From positions 14,119,769 through 14,183,768 of the forward strand of contig CP075492.1 of NCBI GenBank assembly GCA_021613535.1: a stretch of DNA of 64,000 nt, in the 5' to 3' direction. Below the pieces are notes generated by a model. The model searched no databases. It had not been told where the DNA came from and saw nothing but the letters and a program-made list of their open reading frames with translations. Below are positions 1-11,510 of the stretch, piece after piece. The translations under genes and the position numbers were made by a program. Within the stretch, counting starts at the first letter, position 1. Each line of letters opens with the position of its first letter. Origin of the DNA: Adineta vaga (taxonomy: Eukaryota > Animalia > Rotifera).

Positions 1-21
1 TCTCCTCATCTTCATACCCTG

Positions 22-507
22 ATGATGAATAATTGCTGGAAGATTGACATAGATGAAACTTTTCTAACACAATCCTATCTACAATTGAACTCATTAACCT
101 TTAATGATTTACAAATGACTATGGATAAACTTGAATATTGTCTTGGGTTTTTACCATCGCTTATTCATCTGGATCTTACGAGTTCAGGTAAACCATTTGA
201 ATTCATTCAACGTTTATCGCAATGGGAAGAATTTCTTCGATTACGATTACCACGACTTAGTCAATTGGAAATTTGTATCTTTTGTTATTGTTGTGATTGG
301 AATCATTTCGATGCAATAATAAATGCATTTCGAACTCCATTCTGGCTTGAAGAGAAACAATGGTTTATTACGTGTCAATTTCGTGATGATTGGACATCTA
401 GTTTTACTTTCTTTACATCACCAGAATCATCATCAGTTCAATACACGAAAGAAAAACATCATTTTGATAGAATTGTATGTTCTAATTTACGAGATAAGAC
501 TTTATAA
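22..507 (+). CDS. F-box family protein, 3' part only (5' end cut by window edge)
   Basis: ORF in frame from the window start to TAA at 505-507. Its C-terminal region (…QWEEFLRLRLPRLSQLEICIF…FWLEEKQWFITCQF) is paralogous to the middle region of the F-box protein at 48669..50150 (…RWENLIRRHLPSLKYFHFKIH…FWSDQHQWFIHCDY). Confidence 0.45.
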   Translation: MMNNCWKIDIDETFLTQSYLQLNSLTFNDLQMTMDKLEYCLGFLPSLIHLDLTSSGKPFEFIQRLSQWEEFLRLRLPRLSQLEICIFCYCCDWNHFDAIINAFRTPFWLEEKQWFITCQFRDDWTSSFTFFTSPESSSVQYTKEKHHFDRIVCSNLRDKTL

Positions 508-566
508 GTTTATAAAATTATATTTTTACAACAAAAAAAGACAAAAAAATGACTGTGTTACAATTT

Positions 567-1199
567 TTATAAATCATAATATAATTTAAAATATTGATTC
601 AATAAAATACGTTGATAAGTATCTAGAAGTTTATCATAAACATGTTCACGTTCTTCAGGAGTTGCCATTTGAGGTTCATCGGTTGGTGCTTCAATAGTAT
701 CTGAAGAACTCAGTACATATGTCTTTTTTGCAGCTGTTTTACAGAGTTTTCTAGCAACGAATGTTAATACTTCATTGTGTTGTTGAGTTATTGGAGATAT
801 TGAATGAAATTGATTTGGTTCCACATGTAGTGTATTGCCCGGAAAATGGTCGTTAGTTTTTACCACGCGTAGAGCACCTGGTACACGAAAACTAGGATCA
901 AATTTATTACCCAAGGTTCTGGGAAATTGATATGTCATTGTGTCACTATGATCATCAATTATTTCCCACACATTCTCGATGTATTCGCCTTCCAAACAAT
1001 ATGTATCAAATGCATATCGATGATTATGGATATAAGTTTCAGAACAATCAAGAAACCAATGAAAACGATATTCGAAATTTGCATTAGTATTCTTTTCTGT
1101 ACAAATCACTTGATACATAACTCCCGGTAAAACACGAACAGTAACTGTTGACCAGTTCTGTAATACATAACATAAGTATCTCATGCTTTTTTCTTCCAT
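567..1199 (-). CDS. cupin-type thiol dioxygenase-like protein (ADO/PCO-like), 210 aa
   Basis: True ATG at 1199-1197 (cat on the plus strand). IHNHRYAFDTYCLEGEY resembles the cupin H-x-H…G motif of cysteamine and plant cysteine oxidases, and a later GNTLHV stretch looks like the third His region. The family call is tentative. Confidence 0.45.
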   Translation of the reverse strand: MEEKSMRYLCYVLQNWSTVTVRVLPGVMYQVICTEKNTNANFEYRFHWFLDCSETYIHNHRYAFDTYCLEGEYIENVWEIIDDHSDTMTYQFPRTLGNKFDPSFRVPGALRVVKTNDHFPGNTLHVEPNQFHSISPITQQHNEVLTFVARKLCKTAAKKTYVLSSSDTIEAPTDEPQMATPEEREHVYDKLLDTYQRILLNQYFKLYYDL

Positions 1200-2016
1200 T
1201 GTAGAATTTTATTTTTATCAACTGCGGTAGGAAGATACCTTCCTTAAATACGAGTGTGGATGTGAGATGGGAAAGTCACAAATCATTTTACCCACTGATA
1301 TAATAGCACAGTGTGTTAGAAAAATCCATCATTTTTCTCCAGACAACTGGCATGAGTCAATCCTTTGACGAAGAGAACAGCTGCTGTCATCTTATATAAA
1401 GCATATAACGAGTCAAATTTCAATTATTTTTTCTCGTTCTGTAAGTTTAAAGAAGTTTGCATAATGATAGAATTTCAAATGAAGTTCACTGAATTTACTA
1501 TATACAATGGTTGTTTTGCATTGATCAATTATAAAGACATTGAATATATTCAGATATACTTGATAATTTCTATCTATACATTCTAACATGCAATTGTTTC
1601 AATTTACATTTTATTTATCAGACAGAATGCAAAAAGCGACTCCTATCAAACTTGATTATACAGCGACTGCCTCGTGCTATTGGTTTCATTTTTATGCCAT
1701 TGAGAATTTTATTGATTTTGAATGCCACAGAGGAAACCATGCAACTATACGTAATTATGCTTCATTTCTTTTTCTTACTTGTAATCTCGTCTGGTTACGA
1801 TTCTGTTCACCCTTATTGTTACCGATCCAATAGTTAAAGCGACATATTTAATAATGTTCAGTTTGTGGCACAAGAATCCTCAATCAACATCCATTAAGCA
1901 TTTAAAACAAGAGTCTCTTTTGCTGCAACAGAATTATCCAATTTATCAAACAAAAGTGAAGGTAAATACGAACAACTTCAAATACTTTAAACACCCTTAT
2001 CATAAAATGTGTTATC

Positions 2017-2032
2017 GTATATATATATATAT
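2017..2032. repeat. (TA)n microsatellite in the promoter region of the beta-helix gene
   Basis: cgtatatatatatatatgac read directly, about 90 bp upstream of ATG 2119. Confidence 0.7.
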
Positions 2033-2118
2033 GACAAAGCTCTTTTATATAATGAAAAAAAAGATAATATATATAAACCTCTTCTTTGTCTATATAGTTC
2101 AAGAGCAATTCTACAACG

Positions 2119-4671
2119 ATGATATCTTTTGCTTGTATATTACTTATGTTGATAATTATGCTGTACGATTTACATAGTACGGTTACTTATTCAATGAGTA
2201 ATTTTGCATCAGAAAATTTAACTAAAATTAATCCTCGTTATGGAAGAGTCGACAATCCGAATGTTGCTCTCAAAGATGATTGTGCATTGCGAGCTTTTAC
2301 CATTGAAATGGCTGGTTATATAGCACCATCATTTTGGAAAAATAATTGGACGGCACTTAGTGAAAGTGCCTTTCAAATGAATGAATGTAATGGAACGAGT
2401 TATCATACCTCTAGATCGTCTAAAGCTCGGCAACCATTTCGAACGCCAGAAAGAATAAAAACAAATGTTTGTTATCGCTCGGTATTTGTAAATGGTGAAT
2501 CAGGTGATGATCGATCGAATGGAACATTCGAAAAGCCACTGAAAACGATACAAGCAGCTGTATCGTTGACACGAACTCTTCGCATTGCTTACGGTAGAAA
2601 CAATACAATGTGCATTATCCTGCGAGTAGGAACGTATTATTTGGGCACGAATGCTACTTCTTCATCGAGTAGTCAAATTGGTGCAATTGCATTAACAAGC
2701 GATGATAGTAATCTCGTGATTGAAAACTATCAAAATGAGCGTGTCGTAGTAAGCGGTGGTACTTTATTGCAATTACAATGGTCTGTTTATCAGAAAACAT
2801 CGACTGGTAGTACCATTATGAAAGCTCGAATACCAGCATATGTTGATCTCAATCAGTTTAATGAATTATATATCGATGGGAAAAGAGCTATTGTAGCTAA
2901 ATATCCTAATGGTGATCCTTCTACTCAAGGTCTGTATGCTAAAAACCCGGGATTTTGTTTCGAATGGCAAAAATGGTGGGGTCCTAGTTTCAATCGAACC
3001 GTAGAACTTCATGTACAAGAACCTTATCGCAATGGTACAGTATTCACAAACTTTCAACTTGGTATTGGTGGTGGTGCTTCTGTCTTTAATCCACCTACTA
3101 ATTTTTGGAGTACGGCTTCACCACCTGCAGGTGACAATTATGTCACGACTCGTGGTATTACTGTGAATAAAGACACATTGCCTCGTATAGCTAATTGGAC
3201 TAAACCAACGAATGGTATTGTACATACTTTTCAAGGAGAATATTGGGGTAGTTGGATATTTGAAATAGCATCGGTGAATAGCACTGAATATACGATTATG
3301 TTTGGTCGAGGAGGATTTCAAGAAGCGCGTGGTTTAAGTTGGGGTGGAGCATTCTATGTTGCGAATATATTCGAAGAACTCGATTCACCTAACGAATGGT
3401 TTCTAGACAAAGATACTCGTACTCTCTTTTTTATGCCCAATGAAACGATGCCAGAGACATTTATAGCCAGTCAAATTCCTTGTCTCATCTCTTTGCGTGG
3501 CAATAGTATTAATGATCCTATCCAGAATGTTTGGATACAAGGTTTGATCCTTTCAGAAACAACTAATACATATATGAGAGACTACATGGTACCGGGTGGT
3601 GGTGATTGGGCCGTTCATCGTGGTGGTACTATATATTTAACCAACACGAAAGATATTACTCTTGCACACAATTTATTTACACAATTAGGTAGCAATGGTG
3701 TCGCTTTAATTGATTATAATGATGGTACTTCTATTATTATGAATGAATTTGTCTGGTTGGCTGATTCAGCTATTATTCTTGTTGGTAGTACAAATGGAAT
3801 CGATGGTTTTAGTGTGGCTAGTCAACCTGCCAATACACTTATCCAATCAAATCTAATACATGAGACAGGCATCTATGTAAAACAATCATCTCCAATATTA
3901 ATTGCTGTAAGTAGAAGCGTGTCTATTATTGGTAATCTTATGTTCAATATACCGCGAGCAGCCATCAATATCAATGATGGCTTCTATGGTAATCATACAC
4001 TGAGTTGGAATGTGATGTTTAATACTGTACGAGAAACAAGTGATCATGGACCTATCAATACATGGGATCGTCAACCATTTTTGAGTGATGCTTCGCAATC
4101 TGGTATACCTTCACTATGGCAACATTACAGTTATATTCATCATAATACTATCTTCAATAATTATAATGCTTTATGGCCTATTGATCATGATGATGGCAGT
4201 TGTTTTTATGAAGATTCTTATAATTTTCATGTTTATGGTGGAAAGAAAAATTTTCTCGGTCACTCAAAATCAGATCATCATCAAATTTATGTCTATTCAG
4301 ATATGAATAAAGGTGATTATGGTAGTAATGTATGTCTAGGTTTTTATGCACCTAGACGAGGTTTTAGTGGTTGGGATGAAATTTGGGTTCAAAATACGTG
4401 CATACTTTACAAAATACCAATTCCTTACATTATCGGTAATTGTGAAACAACCGATCTATTTGTACCGTATTTAGCAAATAATAAAATATATATTCCAAAT
4501 GGTACTGAAGTGATATTTACATGTAATATTAATGGTACAAGTACAAAACTTAATTTAGAACAATGGCAATCATATGGAGTAGATATTGGTACTAGTATTT
4601 CTTCGACACCTGATGTTCAAACAATTATTGAATGGGGTCGTGAAATGTTGCAACCAACAACAACAGAGTAA
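2119..4671 (+). CDS. secreted right-handed parallel beta-helix (pectate-lyase-fold, PbH1-repeat) protein, 850 aa, single exon
   Basis: ATG at 2119 and TAA at 4669-4671. There is a hydrophobic N-terminus (MISFACILLMLIIMLY). PbH1-like repeats are present (NLFTQLGSNGVALIDYNDGTSIIMNEFVWLADSAIILVGSTNG; IHETGIYV…IIGNLMFN). Many N-x-S/T sites occur. It is a paralogous fold to the gene at 52964..54431. Confidence 0.75.
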   Translation: MISFACILLMLIIMLYDLHSTVTYSMSNFASENLTKINPRYGRVDNPNVALKDDCALRAFTIEMAGYIAPSFWKNNWTALSESAFQMNECNGTSYHTSRSSKARQPFRTPERIKTNVCYRSVFVNGESGDDRSNGTFEKPLKTIQAAVSLTRTLRIAYGRNNTMCIILRVGTYYLGTNATSSSSSQIGAIALTSDDSNLVIENYQNERVVVSGGTLLQLQWSVYQKTSTGSTIMKARIPAYVDLNQFNELYIDGKRAIVAKYPNGDPSTQGLYAKNPGFCFEWQKWWGPSFNRTVELHVQEPYRNGTVFTNFQLGIGGGASVFNPPTNFWSTASPPAGDNYVTTRGITVNKDTLPRIANWTKPTNGIVHTFQGEYWGSWIFEIASVNSTEYTIMFGRGGFQEARGLSWGGAFYVANIFEELDSPNEWFLDKDTRTLFFMPNETMPETFIASQIPCLISLRGNSINDPIQNVWIQGLILSETTNTYMRDYMVPGGGDWAVHRGGTIYLTNTKDITLAHNLFTQLGSNGVALIDYNDGTSIIMNEFVWLADSAIILVGSTNGIDGFSVASQPANTLIQSNLIHETGIYVKQSSPILIAVSRSVSIIGNLMFNIPRAAININDGFYGNHTLSWNVMFNTVRETSDHGPINTWDRQPFLSDASQSGIPSLWQHYSYIHHNTIFNNYNALWPIDHDDGSCFYEDSYNFHVYGGKKNFLGHSKSDHHQIYVYSDMNKGDYGSNVCLGFYAPRRGFSGWDEIWVQNTCILYKIPIPYIIGNCETTDLFVPYLANNKIYIPNGTEVIFTCNINGTSTKLNLEQWQSYGVDIGTSISSTPDVQTIIEWGREMLQPTTTE

Positions 4672-5048
4672 TATCTATTGAAGGTGGATGTTCATGTGGA
4701 CTCTATGTGAGTTATTCATACACCTACCATTAGGCATCTTTATGATAATTATACTTAATCAAAAGAGAAGAACCAATGGAACACATCGTAAACAATTTTG
4801 CGATTTAGCTTTTCGTAGTTTTTGAATTTGCCCATATTTTTAGATCGTTTTTGAACTACAGTAGTATAATTTTATAAATATTATAAAAATCAAACGTTGC
4901 GATATTTTATACAGTAATCAACGAAAATAAATTCACTTTCACATCATATAATCTTATTACTACGAGCAGTGACTATCGATAAAGTGCCTTATTTTTCAAC
5001 TAGTGCTGCTACGATAATCGATTAGCTCGTCATTTCGTCACATCAAGA

Positions 5049-5101
5049 ATCGCTTCGAGGGTGTGAACGAGGGTATAGTTTCTTCACATATATACGCTCA
5101 C
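5049..5101. repeat. short hairpin-forming element, copy 1 (gagggtgtg…cttc…ctcactctccccc)
   Basis: Alignable with the copies at 13836..13888, 38691..38740 and 54961..55010. They share GAGG(G/A)TGTGGGTG, GAATGAGGGT-like and CTTCTT blocks plus an inverted CACCCACACC-type arm. Confidence 0.35.
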
Positions 5102-5301
5102 TCTCCCCCGTGAAATATTTTGTATATTTAAAAGTATACATTTAGTAGGAGAGGAAAAAGAACATGTGCAAATGAATTCTAAAAACATTTCAACTTTTTG
5201 ATCGTTATGTTGTTCAAAAACCTTCATAATTTTCAGTTCATTAAATTATAGTAGAACTCGTATAAAAAATTTGTTTATTACAAGATTCGTGTTTCGTCAG
5301 A

Positions 5302-7103
5302 TTAAGACAAAGTAACAGAAACCATCCGACTTGCTACAGTTCCAGTTACTTTCAAACAAAATCGAATCGAATAACTTTGTCCGGTTGTTACGAAAAACGA
5401 CTGACTGATTTCATCAGCAACGTTTGCACACCAACTGTCTACACGGTAAGAACCAGTACGAGCTAAACCGCCCATAACTTGACTACCACTAGAGAATTGA
5501 CAAGCTCCATTTGGTATTGATCTTGTCCAACCAGGTGAGAAAGAGCCGTATTCAAAACCACCGTTGACTAATAATTCTGTAGTTCCATTAGTTACTGTTA
5601 CGTCATCTAAATACCAATGATCAATATTACTTCGAAATTGAAATACGAGGTTAACAGAGCCTGTAGTACTAGCTATCCATTCAGCATAACAACAAGTATA
5701 TGAAGTAAATGAAAATGTTGTTGAAGAAAATAAACTGGAAGATCCCACATTTATAGGAGTACCACATGGATTTGCAGTAGTAGTTGCTATTAAACAAGAA
5801 TGATGGAAAAATAAAGTAAAAGTTTTCAAAAAAAAATGACTAATTTACTCGCTATTTTACTAACTACAGAAAATAAACAATAGAAAGATTTTTAAGAAAA
5901 ACAATTCAATCATTTATCCGAATATTTACCAGAGTCTTTTTTTTCTACTGAATTTTGCTGTCTCTTTAATATTATCAGGTACTAAAATTGTTGACTTCAT
6001 TTTATCATAATGTAGATAATCTATGTTAGTCCTATATTTCTGGAATATGAATACGTAGAAATCATCATTATCACTAATTAAAAAGCTTCGACAACTAAGT
6101 TAAAATATGAACAGATGGGAAAGTGACATTTTCTCATGTAAATGTAAATAGATATCAACGACTTACATGTTGATGAAGTGCTGCTAGTCGATGATGATGT
6201 TGATGTGGAACTAGTAGTTGTTACGGATGCTATGAATTATAGAAATCTTCGGATGTAGATATATCAATTTGAAAAAGAAATATATACTTGTTGTTGTAGT
6301 AACAGTAGAAGTGGTCTCTGTTGTAGTAGTTGAAGTAGTTTCCGATGTGGTAGTAGATGTGCTCGTTGTTGTCGTGGTAGTTGCAGAGGTCGTGGTAGTC
6401 GTTGTTTCTGATGTAGTGCTTGTTGCTTTGTAATGATAAAAATAATAAATATAATTTTTTAGATGAAAATTTATAATTACTTGTGCTTGATGTAGTTGTC
6501 GTAACTGTTGTGATTGTCCTCTTGACAAAGAGACCTGCAAGTATACCAGCAAGACCAATGGCGAGTAATATAGCAATGATTATTGATGCAAGACAACAAT
6601 ATCGTGATCGAAGTCGACGGACTTTACGATTAAGATTAGGGTTCATATTTTCTTTCGTGCCTGTTTGGTTGAATCTGATGGTTTTAACTTTACTAAAACT
6701 TGATTTTGATCGCTTATGTTTGAGTCGTTTTGTTTTTCGTAATTGTTGTTCTTTAGACTGAGCACTACTATTGGAAAACGATTTTTGCGTGTTTGTCGAT
6801 GTTTTAGTTTCGCATATCGATCTGGATGGTATTGACAATGGAAGAGTCTGTAGAGGCAATATATAATGATTAATTGTAAACATTCATATTCAATAGTAAA
6901 ACAACTCCTACTTTGGATGAATCCATGAATTGATTAGAATTTCGTGGTAATATATTTGCATGAAAATCAAACTTCTTGTTCTGATATGATGATTGTAATC
7001 CAGAATTGATCGATGATGGTACAGATTGAGTTAGAAGAGGCGAAAATAACTTCACTCTATCTTGGCTCGATGGAAGTATTCGAGGCACTATACTTTCAAC
7101 CAT
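5302..7103 (-). CDS. multi-exon gene: single-pass TM protein with Thr/Ser-rich mucin-like stalk and C-terminal CBM4_9 (galactose-binding-like) domain
   Basis: Proposed exons on the minus strand: ~7103..6912 (ATG at 7103; donor AAA|GTAGGA), 6847..6481 (basic cytoplasmic tail KHKRSKSS, TM CCLASIIIAILLAIGLAGILAGLFV, donor CAA|GTAATT), 6425..6288 (TTSETTTTTTSATTTTTTSTSTTTSETT), 6229..6167 (all Ser/Thr codons, donor T|GTAAGT) and 5786..5302. All splice phases are consistent. Introns are 64, 55, 58 and ~380 bp. The terminal 'ORF' 5302..5829 has no ATG (the listed start is TTG) but carries the CBM_4_9 signature LLVNGGFEYGSFSPGW. Confidence 0.55.
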
Positions 7104-8176
7104 AGAAGTTTTTGCATTCAACTAAAAATATACGTTTAAATGCTTTTAAAATAACTTGATATATCTAAGAAAGATGCGTAGAAAAAACAAGCACTTTCTT
7201 TCTGCTCAGTGTTTACATTACAGATTATTCATAAGAACTTAAAACACTATCTACTTGAATTATACTAGGTATAGCAATCTTACTTGTCTAAGAACGCTGG
7301 CATGAATAGTGGACGTCGTTGTTGTGATTTAATTCGTTTCACACGTGTTACAGTAACATGACTCTTAAATAAAAAACAAGATGTTTTGAAAACATATACA
7401 ACAATTAATCCTACTTTGTCTTGATATGACCAGCGTTGAGATCTCGATTTCAAAGATTGCTCTGTTTTCATCATGTAGTTCGATTTTATTCTTCTAATCA
7501 AAATATTCTACTCACATATCATTCTGAAATCAAAGAAACTGAATATTTTTATCATTAAAAATCGACTAAGAATGGAATTCAATTTGACATAAATAGGTTT
7601 CTCCATGGAATATATAAGTCTTATTGTCATTAATGTAATTCATATTTGTTATTGTTTGGTATGTTCTCGAAATAAAGGTAAAGAACATTTCTTAATATCG
7701 AATTTGCGTTTCTTCTCTACAAATTATAGAAAAAGAATAATTGTATGGCAAGCCCTGTTTTTTGTTGGAAAAATAAAGTAATAAGAGAGGAAACATTTGC
7801 AAAAATTATTTTCGATATTGTAAGATTTCGTACATTGAATAATCATCGACAGCTAATAAAGAAAATCTTAAGTAGAAAGAAAAACAATGATTGTATAGTC
7901 TGCCGTATTTTTATTTTAAGTCAATAAAGAGTATTGATTATAGTTATATATTTATAGAGTTATATTATGTCTTAATTTTTTTTGCTATGAAATTAACCTC
8001 TCATTTTATTTGTGAGAGTCATTTGTAATCAAATTATTTAATGGGAAAGTCACACGTGTCATTGCATGTGATATACATATATATATCTGAAACTCTTTAT
8101 GTCAATGACTATTAGGATTATAATTATATTATTATGTTATGTGCAGTATAAAAATCAACGTTAAAAATTAGAAAGT

Positions 8177-10735
8177 TTAAAAACGCGTGTGAATTGTCTC
8201 TCCATCTTGTGTTTTGAAATAATCAGGTGGTGAAGAATTGATCTCGATGTTCATTTTCTCATTGAATCTTGCGCCATTCATTGACATTCGAACATGCGGA
8301 TAAGCTGCTTGAGTTTGTTGTATTTCAGCCATTGCAATACCAAGAGAATCCTGTGGAATCCATACAATTGGTTTCGGTTCTCGTAATGCTGGATTCATAT
8401 ATGCATTTTCCATTGTATTATCATAAAAATCCACCACAGCATCATTCATATCAGAAACACTACTAATATCATCAGTCGATCGGCAATGCGTCAATACTTT
8501 TATTGCTGTTTTTGTTACGGGAAATCGGCTCGCATGAGGATTTTCCAATCGTACATATTCTTCAGCATCAACTGGTAAATAATACGTCAGTGGATCGAAA
8601 CTAGAACGCATTGTCATGTACACAATAACAGTCAATACAATCAATATGCACATGAGAATACCTTGAGGAATAGCGGCTTGTCTACCGGATTCATTTTGTA
8701 CTAGAAAAAATAATGCTGCAAGCATGATTTCCATTAAATAAACGCCAGTAAATGATTGATAAATAGCTCGCGGAAAAGCAAGACCACCAGAATCATTGGG
8801 AAAGTCGTTCACATAGAACATTGTATAAGTATAGGCAATATAATATAAAGCAAATGCAATACCAGATATGATGAGCATAAGAGGAGCAACAATCGAATAA
8901 ACTAAAGTAATGACAATAAAATTTGTAAAAACGGGAAATATTGTTCCCCAATCGAGACTTGAAAGTGTAAAATATCGTCGCCATTTTTTTCGTGGTGTAT
9001 TATCGAATAATTTTCCAAGAAGATAAAATGAAATCAATGTTACAACTTGTAATAAAACACCACAAGCAATACTTAATCCTTGTAAGGCAATAAAACTAAA
9101 GAAGAAATTACTTGCCGTTGGAATATTTGCAGCAAGTATTGTTGCAGCACTCGGCGGATTTTGAAAAATATCAACAATAACACTGGAAACACTACTAGAT
9201 ATAGTAACAAATAAGAAAACATGCGTGACTTGAAAAACAAAATAGGATCCTTGTACATAACGATCAATTGCATCCGTAGTAGGTTTGCCAGATAATTTCG
9301 CCAATAATTTCAATATGATCGGTAGTATTGACATTAAAATAGCTAATAGAACAGTTGGTAGAAGACCAGTAACTAGACCAAGAAGTGATGTTGGTAATTT
9401 ATAAATAACTTGAAGAAATGTTACTTTATCTGTAAGATACGTAATATTAGAGAGTATACCGACAAATGTAACAGGAATAGCCCAGAAGACGATAAGAGCG
9501 GCTGTTGCTGCTAACATAATAAGTTTTCTTAGTTTTTGTTCATAATAGCTTAATTTTAAATTTGACCAAACGATATTCAATGGTTTAATATCAATAAATC
9601 GAGGTGACATCGCTAAAGGAATGGACGCTGCTACACTTTGAACAGCCATATGAGCTGCTATTTGTGTATGAAATTGAATAAATGCTGAATTAATCGGTTT
9701 ATAATTGTTCAAACGTGTTTTTTCTGTTTCAATTTCTGTATTTAATTGTGAGATGGTCGTTTTACAGTATGTCAGAGCATCGACTTTCTTACCACAGCAG
9801 AGAGATGAAAGTATAGGAATTATTCCAATTCGCATTGTTGGTCGTTTGCTTTGTGGAATATAATGATCTATAATCTCTTCTTCATTAATCGTAAGAGTTT
9901 GTTCAGAATTGATCGTGTTTTTCTTTTTCTTCTGTTTAGCATCGTTTTTCAACGCTGTTTTAAGTAATTTACATTCAATTGCTTCGAGTTTTTCGACTAA
10001 TTTCATACGTTGAGCTACTTTATCAGGAAGATTTTCAAGATTTCGATTGAGCCATATATATTTTACTCCACCGGGAAATTGATTAAAAATTCGAAAGAGT
10101 ATATCGGTATCCAAATATACTTTTGGTATTGCAGTAACAAGAATCGTCGTTGCACTAGCACGAGATTGATATATCGAACTTCGTAATAATGCTTGACGTT
10201 TTTCTACAAAAACTTTCATTTCAATATAAAGAAGAAAGAGATATGCACCAAGAAAAACATATGCAAGTACCAATGGAGCTATGTATCGTAAAGAATGACG
10301 TGATGGTATATTACCAAATGTTAGAATATCGAGTCCTGTTTTTCCATATGCTTTACCTTTTCCATCAATTGTATAAATTGGAAATAGAATGATTGCTATA
10401 AGAACGAATGAACTTAGGAAGAAGATAGCATGAATGTAGAGATAACGTGCGAAGAAATAAGCATCAAGACCTGAAGTACGAATAAGATCTTCTTTTGGCA
10501 TCTTTAATAGAGCGGGTAACCAACCATAAGGTGTACGAGGCAAAGATTCCACACGTCGTTTTTCATCTCCTAAATATGTTTTTGGTTCATAGATACGTTT
10601 AAATATTGTTCTAATAGCAACGAATAAAACGACTTCAATTGCACCAATTGTAGCAGAAGCAATGAGTGTTGTAAAAAATTGTGAGAGTGAATAACCCTGC
10701 ATGCTTTGAATAGCTTTGGTTGTATTACTTGCCAT
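8177..10735 (-). CDS. CSC1/OSCA/TMEM63-family (DUF221) stress-gated calcium-permeable cation channel, ~852 aa, single exon
   Basis: The real ATG is at 10735-10733 (MASNTTKAIQ…); the ORF-track start at 10789 is TTG. The N-terminus matches the family (…FVAIRTIFKRIYEPKTY…) and the long multi-TM C-terminal half is typical of RSN1_7TM/PHM7. Confidence 0.8.
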   Translation of the reverse strand: MASNTTKAIQSMQGYSLSQFFTTLIASATIGAIEVVLFVAIRTIFKRIYEPKTYLGDEKRRVESLPRTPYGWLPALLKMPKEDLIRTSGLDAYFFARYLYIHAIFFLSSFVLIAIILFPIYTIDGKGKAYGKTGLDILTFGNIPSRHSLRYIAPLVLAYVFLGAYLFLLYIEMKVFVEKRQALLRSSIYQSRASATTILVTAIPKVYLDTDILFRIFNQFPGGVKYIWLNRNLENLPDKVAQRMKLVEKLEAIECKLLKTALKNDAKQKKKKNTINSEQTLTINEEEIIDHYIPQSKRPTMRIGIIPILSSLCCGKKVDALTYCKTTISQLNTEIETEKTRLNNYKPINSAFIQFHTQIAAHMAVQSVAASIPLAMSPRFIDIKPLNIVWSNLKLSYYEQKLRKLIMLAATAALIVFWAIPVTFVGILSNITYLTDKVTFLQVIYKLPTSLLGLVTGLLPTVLLAILMSILPIILKLLAKLSGKPTTDAIDRYVQGSYFVFQVTHVFLFVTISSSVSSVIVDIFQNPPSAATILAANIPTASNFFFSFIALQGLSIACGVLLQVVTLISFYLLGKLFDNTPRKKWRRYFTLSSLDWGTIFPVFTNFIVITLVYSIVAPLMLIISGIAFALYYIAYTYTMFYVNDFPNDSGGLAFPRAIYQSFTGVYLMEIMLAALFFLVQNESGRQAAIPQGILMCILIVLTVIVYMTMRSSFDPLTYYLPVDAEEYVRLENPHASRFPVTKTAIKVLTHCRSTDDISSVSDMNDAVVDFYDNTMENAYMNPALREPKPIVWIPQDSLGIAMAEIQQTQAAYPHVRMSMNGARFNEKMNIEINSSPPDYFKTQDGETIHTRF

Positions 10736-11510
10736 TTTCAGATAAATATTCGACAGAGTGATGTGAAGAAATAATACTAAAAACGACAAAACTATGAGTA
10801 TATGAATTATATAATATACGAAGTATATCAGTAGGTGTTTGCATGAAAATATGAAAGAGAATCGTTTTGAAGACTATATTCTTTGATACAGAATGGTAAA
10901 AAAAATAATAAACGTTGCCACGATATGTTGAAGGAATGGTAATTTTTTTATGTTGATCTATGAAGCGACAGTATTCTACAACGTGAGAAGAGAATCGAAA
11001 CAGCCAGAAAAAAGATGGTAATGGAGGAAAAAATGATACACATGCCTTCAAGTGACTGACTCATTTATTCAATGAGTAATTGTCAAACATATACGAATGA
11101 ATGTGAAAAGATTAATCGTATGAAATCTTTTACAAAAAAGAAAATTCAAAGAGAATACAAAAATGTTACGATTTCATCGTTATATGATTTGATCATATCA
11201 TAAACTTTATTTTGTATTCTGTTTTATTGACATTAAACACTCGCATATATACATATATATATATATATAGCAATTAACATTGATAATGAAATATCTCTAT
11301 AAATATGTTTTGAAAAATGAATAAGTATTCATTAGTTTGATTGTACGATTGTTTTATGGGATTACGTTGAATAACTATGAAAAGTTTTTTTTCCACTGAG
11401 TGACTATTTTAATGAAAGGAATCAACAACAACATCATGCAGTTTTACTTATTTTGAATACAATCATTCATTTGATTATTCTACTTCGAAGAAATAACTCA
11501 CGACTAAACT
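10736..11510. promoter_or_regulatory. divergent intergenic/promoter region between the CSC1-like (-) and GPCR (+) genes; contains a (TA)n-rich tract at ~11245..11269
   Basis: It lies between two divergently oriented start codons, is AT-rich and contains TA repeats. No experimental support. Confidence 0.3.

Noticed and set aside
1365-2177. Cluster of 60-107-aa ORFs on both strands upstream of the first beta-helix gene
   Set aside because: AT-rich low-complexity translations, overlapping frames and no domain motifs. This looks like promoter or intergenic DNA.
4681-4740. Weak palindrome aggtggatgttcatgtgg…catacacctaccatt after the beta-helix stop, considered as a fifth hairpin-element copy or a terminator-like hairpin
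   Set aside because: The arms match poorly, there is no shared GAATGAGGGT or CTTCTT block, and eukaryotic genes do not use rho-independent terminators.
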